Shown piece after piece: positions 58,781 to 64,000 of a stretch of 64,000 bases of DNA. The DNA lies in the NCBI GenBank assembly GCA_963712055.1, contig CAVQGN010000002.1, positions 134,784 through 198,783 of the forward strand. The letters are read 5' to 3'. The stretch is from an uncultured Chloroflexia bacterium (lineage in GTDB: Bacteria > Chloroflexota > Chloroflexia > Thermomicrobiales > UBA6265). The notes beneath the pieces were generated by a model. It did no database searches. It was not told where the DNA came from and was given only the letters and a program-made list of their open reading frames with translations. Within the stretch, counting starts at the first letter, position 1. Each line of letters starts with the position of its first letter. The translations under genes and the position numbers were made by a program.

Positions 58781-59697
58781 GTCTTGCTCCCGATTGGATC
58801 GACGAAAAGACGGCGTGCGTTTGCGCCGAGTACGGCGAGTCGCTCTTCATCGGAGCGCCAAGGGATCGCCTCGACTCGTTCGAGAAATCGTTTTTGCCGG
58901 AGCACCGGGTAATCGGACCCAAAGAGCACCCGATCATGGCCGACCAGATCGAGCACGGTTCGGAAAACGTTGAAGTCATAGAGGTAGGTCGAGGCCGCGC
59001 TATCGTAAACGGTGTTTATTGTGGCGGAGCGAATTTCTGGCATCAGTTCGTAAAACGGAAGTCCGCCCCCCCAATGTGCTGCGATCACGTGAAGGTCCCG
59101 ATGCCTTTCGAGAAATGGCACCAGCTTCTGCGGCCAGACCGTGCCTTTGCCTGGATAGGGATGACCAACGGGCTCCGATACATGGAACATTATCGGGAGA
59201 TTCCATGCCTTGCACACTTCCGCGACATCGTTGATCCATGAGGGTGACGCGAAGTCAAAACCCTGGGCGTCGGCATTCAGTTCACCACAACCGATGGCGC
59301 CAAGCTCAACCGCATCCGCAAGATCCCGTTCGATCCCGACAGAGTCCTCGCCATGTGGGGCAATGGCCGCCAGCCATCGAATCCTGTCTGGGAATCGTTT
59401 CTGGGATTCGCTCATGTAGGCATTGTGGTCTCGACACAAACCAGGATCAGTCCAGGGGAATCCGCAGAGTATTGCGCCACCGATTCCGGCGTCGTCCATG
59501 CTGGCGATGAGATCGTCGATCGTGACCAGTCCGGCTTTTTCGTTCGCGTAGAGATATCCAAACCACCGGTCGCGGTTACAGAACGCCGTCCTCTTCGCGC
59601 AGACCTCAGGCCAAAAGACATGTGTGTGCGCATCGATAACTCCGGTTGCAAAGGATAGCGGCGCGCGATCGCTAGACAAGGAGAAGCAAGCCGGCAA
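58777..59697 (-). CDS. Amidohydrolase-2 family (TIM-barrel metal-dependent hydrolase)
   Basis: VIDAHTHVF......MFHVSEP......AAHWGGG......FGSDYP. TTG start; TTG 59679 is an alternative. Confidence 0.8.
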   Translation of the reverse strand: MPACFSLSSDRAPLSFATGVIDAHTHVFWPEVCAKRTAFCNRDRWFGYLYANEKAGLVTIDDLIASMDDAGIGGAILCGFPWTDPGLCRDHNAYMSESQKRFPDRIRWLAAIAPHGEDSVGIERDLADAVELGAIGCGELNADAQGFDFASPSWINDVAEVCKAWNLPIMFHVSEPVGHPYPGKGTVWPQKLVPFLERHRDLHVIAAHWGGGLPFYELMPEIRSATINTVYDSAASTYLYDFNVFRTVLDLVGHDRVLFGSDYPVLRQKRFLERVEAIPWRSDEERLAVLGANARRLFVDPIGSKT

Positions 59698-60544
59698 TGA
59701 CCAGCATGGTCAGAAGAAGTATCAGCACAACGACTATCGTCCGATTCGGCCCGCTCGCGGGGCGCTGGTAATCTGCCGCTTTCATTTCTCTGGCGGGACC
59801 GGCAGCGAGTACTGCCGCCATCACTGGCGCATCTGAATCGGCGCGCGCCAACTGAACGAGATTCGCCGCCGCTTGTTCGGCGTTGGGTACGAGCGCACCG
59901 GTCATGTCGACGTCGGCGAGCAGATCAGCCAGGCCGCGGCTGATAAATGCCAGTTCATCGTCTGGTAGCACCGTAAGTTCAAATATCGCTGGAAATCGCG
60001 AATCGAGCCGATCCCGTTCTCCCAGAAGCGCCACCGGTTGACTCGAGGCTTTGTCGGCACTTTGGCCGCTGGCGGCTAGATTTCGCTGACCTTTGACTTT
60101 GTCGACACGCATGTCCCTGGTAAGTGGCGTCACCCGCCCAGAGCGAAGCAGATAGCCTCGATGATCACCGAGCAACGCGATACTCAAGTACTTTCCCCTG
60201 AGAACAGCGACCAGCATCGACACACCCCGATCATCGGCGGTTTCGTCATCAAGATGCCCTCCTACTACCGCATTGGCCTCCCGAAAGGCCTGTTGGAGTG
60301 CTTCGGCGGCAACGTCGGAACAATGACTCTCCAGATACTCCTCGACCGTCCGCGCTGCGGCATGCGCACGCGTCTGACCCTCGGCGCCACTTGAGGTCGC
60401 GAGCACCACGACCTTGTACGGCTCAACAGGATCGGCGACACAGACAATCGGTTCGACTGCTGCGATCCCTCCCGATAGGGGAGCGGCGGCGGCAGCTGAC
60501 GTCACCGCGAGCGATTGTTCACCAATTTGAGCGAGAGCACTCAT
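59672..60544 (-). CDS. PP2C-like domain protein with degenerate catalytic motifs and a C-terminal membrane anchor (probable pseudophosphatase)
   Basis: SMLVAVLRGKYLSIALLGDHRGYLLRSGRVTPLTRD matches the PP2C core (T.v.a.....l.vanvGDSRaYl.r.g....lT.D). However, DGMGG is replaced by TSSGAE and SDGL by SRGL. The C-terminus NRTIVVVLILLLTMLVIAGLLLLV is a TM helix. Confidence 0.6.
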   Translation of the reverse strand: MSALAQIGEQSLAVTSAAAAAPLSGGIAAVEPIVCVADPVEPYKVVVLATSSGAEGQTRAHAAARTVEEYLESHCSDVAAEALQQAFREANAVVGGHLDDETADDRGVSMLVAVLRGKYLSIALLGDHRGYLLRSGRVTPLTRDMRVDKVKGQRNLAASGQSADKASSQPVALLGERDRLDSRFPAIFELTVLPDDELAFISRGLADLLADVDMTGALVPNAEQAAANLVQLARADSDAPVMAAVLAAGPAREMKAADYQRPASGPNRTIVVVLILLLTMLVIAGLLLLV

Positions 60545-60581
60545 CTGTTCATTCCTGATTCTCTAAACAGCATCGGACCAC

Positions 60582-61277
60582 CTACGCTGAAACGTCGCGT
60601 ACAGCAGCGCGCAACGCAGCCACGCCGTCAGCGACAGAAAACTCATTCGAGAATATCGCCGATCCGGCGACGACCATCGTGGCTCCAGCGTCAACAACCC
60701 GAGCCAGATTCGACGGTTTGATTCCGCCATCAACCTCGAGACGACAGTGCGGGTTCAAGTCATCGATAACCTTCCGCAGTGCTTCAATGCGTCGCAGCGA
60801 AAACGGCAGAAACGTTTGGCCTCCAAACCCGGGGTTGACGCTCATGACCAGAATCTGCTCTACAAAGGGAATAGCAGGAATGATCGCTTCAAGCGAGGTC
60901 AACGGATTCAGCGTGACCCCAGGCGCCGCGCCGCTCTCACGGATTTGTGTCAGCGCAGCGTGCAGGTGATCGGTAGTTTCCACGTGAATCGTGATGATCG
61001 TCGCGCCGGCGTTGGCATAGGCAGTCAGGTAAGATTCCGGATCCTCGATCATCAGATGAACATCGAGCGGGAGTTCCGTCATCCCGCGAACGGCTTCCAC
61101 GACGACTGGACCGAAACTCAGGTTCGGCACGAAATGCCCGTCCATGATGTCGAGATGAATGAAATCCACGCCGGCTGCTTCCGCGCGCGCGATTTCGGCA
61201 GCGAGATTACCAAAATCAGCGGTAAGGAGCGACGGACCGATCAGAACCGGACGCTGGTTAGGTTCAGTTGTGTTCAC
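60582..61277 (-). CDS. rpe: Ribulose-phosphate 3-epimerase
   Basis: IGPSLLTADF.NL......G.D.IHLDIMDGHFVPNL.FGP......DVHLMI..P......V.LNP.T......MSVNPGFGGQ.F. I moved the start to GTG 61277, because the ORF-track start 61400 would overlap the divergent FHA gene and its putative promoter. Confidence 0.88.
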   Translation of the reverse strand: MNTTEPNQRPVLIGPSLLTADFGNLAAEIARAEAAGVDFIHLDIMDGHFVPNLSFGPVVVEAVRGMTELPLDVHLMIEDPESYLTAYANAGATIITIHVETTDHLHAALTQIRESGAAPGVTLNPLTSLEAIIPAIPFVEQILVMSVNPGFGGQTFLPFSLRRIEALRKVIDDLNPHCRLEVDGGIKPSNLARVVDAGATMVVAGSAIFSNEFSVADGVAALRAAVRDVSA

Positions 61278-61372
61278 GCTTCTATCCCAGCTCACATCAA
61301 TGTCCGCTTTCGAACTGACTATACTCTGCGAAAGATCGTTCGGTTGGCGCTCGGTGTCGACCGCATTCACGC

Positions 61373-62179
61373 ATGACCGGAACTCGCCCCGTGAGATCAT
61401 TTCGCCCTTTCCGCAAACTCGAGACTTCGCTCGAAGCCTTGGTCGAAAAACCCCTCAATCGCGTGTTTCGGACGTCGATCCAGCCAGTGGAAATCGCCCG
61501 GCAGCTCGAAAAAGAGATGCTTGATCGTCGGCTGGTTGGGCCAAACGGAACGATGGTACCAAACCGGTATCTGGTGCTGATCAGCACCGCTGATATGAGT
61601 GGATACGCCGATTCGGTCGATTCTGTGATCGAGGAACTCGAGGCATCGTTGTCCGAGTTTGCCGCCGGGAAGCGACTAGTCTCCAATGGAGACCTTTTCG
61701 TAACGTTTTCAGCCACCGACGAAAAGGCGCCAGGTTTTCTGCAGATAGAATCACGCTTTGATCGGGACGAGGCCGTCCGTATTCCGGCCCGACCTGAGCC
61801 AGTTTTAGATCAGACCCAACGCTTCTCTATCTACCAGGGCGGTGGTCCGGATGGAGATCTCGCGTTGAAAGTACTCGAAGGACCGATGGAAGGCATCTCG
61901 TTTTCCTTGACGAAACGCAAGACGAGCATTGGCCGATCGATCGACGGTGACATTGTCTTGCAATCACCGGATGTCTCGCGGAATCACGCGATCATCGAGT
62001 ACGTCGACGGAGTGATTCGGGTGATCGATCTGGGCAGCCTGAATGGCACCTGGGTCAACGGCCGCCAGGTTCACGATTGGGCCATGGTCAGACCTGGCGA
62101 TATCATTCAGTTCGGCGAAGTCAGGGCCTCAATCGATCTCGGGTATGCCGCCTACCGGCCGCCGTGGTCGGTCACTTGA
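61373..62179 (+). CDS. FhaA-like protein (DUF3662-type N-domain plus C-terminal FHA domain)
   Basis: FRKLETSLEALVEKPLNRVFRTSIQPVEIARQLEKEM... is followed by the FHA core TSIGRS.DGDIVL....VSRNHA.I......V.DLGSLNGT.VNG. The alternative start is GTG 61391. Confidence 0.85.
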   Translation: MTGTRPVRSFRPFRKLETSLEALVEKPLNRVFRTSIQPVEIARQLEKEMLDRRLVGPNGTMVPNRYLVLISTADMSGYADSVDSVIEELEASLSEFAAGKRLVSNGDLFVTFSATDEKAPGFLQIESRFDRDEAVRIPARPEPVLDQTQRFSIYQGGGPDGDLALKVLEGPMEGISFSLTKRKTSIGRSIDGDIVLQSPDVSRNHAIIEYVDGVIRVIDLGSLNGTWVNGRQVHDWAMVRPGDIIQFGEVRASIDLGYAAYRPPWSVT

Positions 62180-62194
62180 CTCTGATCATCTACT

Positions 62195-62638
62195 GTGAGT
62201 GATTCTGCCGACCTCCTCTACTTTGCTTTCAGAGTCGGTTTGGCGTTGACGCTCCTTTTGTTTGTGGTCGTGGCAGTCGTGATGATTCACAAGGACGTGG
62301 TTCGCAGCGCGGAACCCGCTAAGACACCACAAGATTTGCAGGAACTTCATCTTTATGTACTCGAACCTGGCGGATCCGGCTACGGCCGCGGCGATGTCAT
62401 TATCGTCAAGCGGAGAGCCAAGTTCGGTCGAGCGGAGGAGTCTGACGTGCGTCTCGATGATCCCTCCGTTTCGCTGAACCACGCCAGAATCGAACGAGCG
62501 AAAGGAATATGGCTCTTGAGAGATCTGCAAAGCACCAACGGAACGTTTATAGGATCGGCGCCTGTAATCGAGCCTACGGCGGTAGCATGCGGTGATTCAC
62601 TAGCATTTGGGAGAGTTCGACTGAGGGTTGTGTGCTAA
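62195..62638 (+). CDS. FhaB/FipA-like membrane-anchored FHA-domain protein
   Basis: GTG start. N-terminal TM helix (VGLALTLLLFVVVAVVMI), then an FHA core (FGRAEESDVRLDDPSVSLNHARIE......L.DL.STNGTF). Confidence 0.8.
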   Translation: MSDSADLLYFAFRVGLALTLLLFVVVAVVMIHKDVVRSAEPAKTPQDLQELHLYVLEPGGSGYGRGDVIIVKRRAKFGRAEESDVRLDDPSVSLNHARIERAKGIWLLRDLQSTNGTFIGSAPVIEPTAVACGDSLAFGRVRLRVVC

Positions 62639-62720
62639 CATCAACTGTCAAACCCTCGGGAGTTGAGGAGGGAGTTTTGCTCTCCAGCCCGCCCCGTTTT
62701 GCTGAACTGAGGGTACTGAA

Positions 62721-64000
62721 TTGGCTGAAAATCTGCTTTCTGGGCGGCACGGTTTGCTGTCCGCCCCTTCGTCACGGACCGGCGAACCAAGTTCGCGCAA
62801 TTTGAAACTGTCTCGAATCGCGTCCCGAGTCGTTCTTGCGGTTGCCATTCTCGGCTTGATCGCGGCCACTTCGCTTTATGGTTTTCGGTTCAAGTACGAC
62901 GACAATGTCTATCCAGGTGTGAATGTTTCCGGTGTCAGTCTCGGCGGTTTGTCCGAGGCGGATGCTCGCTCGGAGCTGGAAGCAGAAGCCAATCGAATCG
63001 AATCGACTCGGGCTTACTTTGATTATGGTAGCCAGCACTGGGCTCCGACTCTGGCTGAACTCGGCGTCAGCGTTGATGTGGATACGACGCTTGCAAATGC
63101 CATGCAAGTCGGACGTGAAGCCGATGGCAACGCCAGGTTGTCAAGTTCTATTGATACGCTTCGCCAGACCACGACCATTCCGTTGGAGATTTCTGTGTCA
63201 ACGGACGCGCTTGAGGCATGGGCGCTCGATGTCGATGACCAACTTGGTATTCGCCCTCGGAACGCAAGTCTGGTGGTGGAAAACGGTGCCACGGTACTGA
63301 CTGAAGAGGCGAACGGCACAGTCGTCGACCTCGAAAGTTTGCAGCAAATCGTCGACCAGAGTGTTCGGTCGCTGACCGCTCCAACGGCTCCCCTGCCAGT
63401 TGAGGATTTCCTGCCGACTGTCTACGCGGCTGACTTGCAGAACGCGAAAGCGACCCTTGACCAGGCTCTGGCCAAATCAGTAGCGGTCAAGTGGGATGAG
63501 TCGACGTGGGAGATCCCAGCAGCCGAATTTGGTTCCTTCGTCTCTATCGCCGTCGATCAGGATTCAAGCGGTTCGGAGGCAGTGTCGATCGAGATCGACA
63601 AGCGTGGGCTCGCAAACTATCTGAACGATCTCGTGTCAGACAGCGTGGCCAAAGAACCGCTGAACGCCAAGGTCGCCTGGAATGGCGATTCACTCACGAT
63701 CATTCGACCGGCTGCAGATGGGATCAGAGTCCTTCCGTCCTCACTCGCCGACAACGTGTCGTCATCCTTTCTCGGTGGTCACACCCCTGTCGAAGTGCCC
63801 GTACAGGTGCTCGCCGCTGAAGTCAACGGTTCCAATCTCGATAGCCTTGGAATCACGACGAAGTTAGCGGCTGGAAGCTCCAACTTCGATGGTTCGGACG
63901 ACGCCCGATCTACCAACATCATGGTTGGCGCCAATCTCTTGAATGGCACCCTCATCCCGCCTGGCGGTGAATTCTCGTTCAATCACTCAGTGGGCATCAT
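62721..64000 (+). CDS. VanW-family protein (N-terminal TM anchor, PG_binding_4-like region, VanW domain); the 3' end is beyond the window
   Basis: Not in the ORF track because it is open to the window edge. My translation reads ...LKLSRIASRVVLAVAILGLIAATSLYGFRFKYDDNVYPGVNVSGVSLGGLSEADARSELE...SSNFDGSDDARSTNIMVGANLLNGTLIPPGGEFSFNHSVGI. I prefer TTG 62721 (GAGGG SD 7 nt upstream); TTG 62754 and 62802 are alternatives. Confidence 0.8.
   Translation, partial: MAENLLSGRHGLLSAPSSRTGEPSSRNLKLSRIASRVVLAVAILGLIAATSLYGFRFKYDDNVYPGVNVSGVSLGGLSEADARSELEAEANRIESTRAYFDYGSQHWAPTLAELGVSVDVDTTLANAMQVGREADGNARLSSSIDTLRQTTTIPLEISVSTDALEAWALDVDDQLGIRPRNASLVVENGATVLTEEANGTVVDLESLQQIVDQSVRSLTAPTAPLPVEDFLPTVYAADLQNAKATLDQALAKSVAVKWDESTWEIPAAEFGSFVSIAVDQDSSGSEAVSIEIDKRGLANYLNDLVSDSVAKEPLNAKVAWNGDSLTIIRPAADGIRVLPSSLADNVSSSFLGGHTPVEVPVQVLAAEVNGSNLDSLGITTKLAAGSSNFDGSDDARSTNIMVGANLLNGTLIPPGGEFSFNHSVGI

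Overview
GC-rich (judged by eye), very compact bacterial chromosomal segment. It is almost entirely housekeeping and looks like a monoderm high-GC lineage (Chloroflexota/Thermomicrobia-like or Actinobacteria-like; low confidence). I support about 50 CDS.

Gene content, in order:
- A TPP-riboswitch-controlled thiamin operon: thiD-thiG-thiE-(tenI::thiS fusion).
- atl, secA, mnmG, a USP/TrkA pair, gdh, gatB, and an isolated nuoG-nuoI pair.
- aldH, nfo, a GT2, a NarL-type response regulator, and valS-mpg-mutL.
- uvrA, an HNH protein and serS.
- A seven-gene minus-strand envelope-glycan operon: GH-like protein, two Wzy/WaaL-like proteins, a flippase-like protein, a GT4, a micro-ORF and MoxR.
- A GAF histidine kinase, glcDEF (glcF frameshifted), a DAO-type oxidase, icd, gpmI and eno.
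- A Phe T-box leader with pheST-hisD, then ruvA, an amidohydrolase, a PP2C-like protein, rpe, an FhaA/FhaB-like pair and a VanW-family gene.

I saw no rRNA, tRNA, CRISPR array, IS or prophage. Two real genes at the window edges and one ORF under 60 aa are absent from the ORF track, and I translated them by hand.

Most interesting observations:
1. An Spx/ArsC-family gene has an in-frame TGA exactly at the first Cys of the CxxC motif. A SECIS-like hairpin follows it, making it a candidate selenoprotein.
2. A TenI-ThiS fusion ends GGGS rather than GG.
3. A membrane-anchored clan GH-A-like protein in the glycan operon has both catalytic Glu replaced.
4. A degenerate PP2C-like pseudophosphatase sits next to FhaA/FhaB homologues.
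5. glcF carries a single-base frameshift.
6. Four convergent gene pairs literally share their stop codons (CTAG/TTAG).

Nothing here is demonstrably a new multi-gene system. All calls rest on motif recognition by eye, not on database searches.
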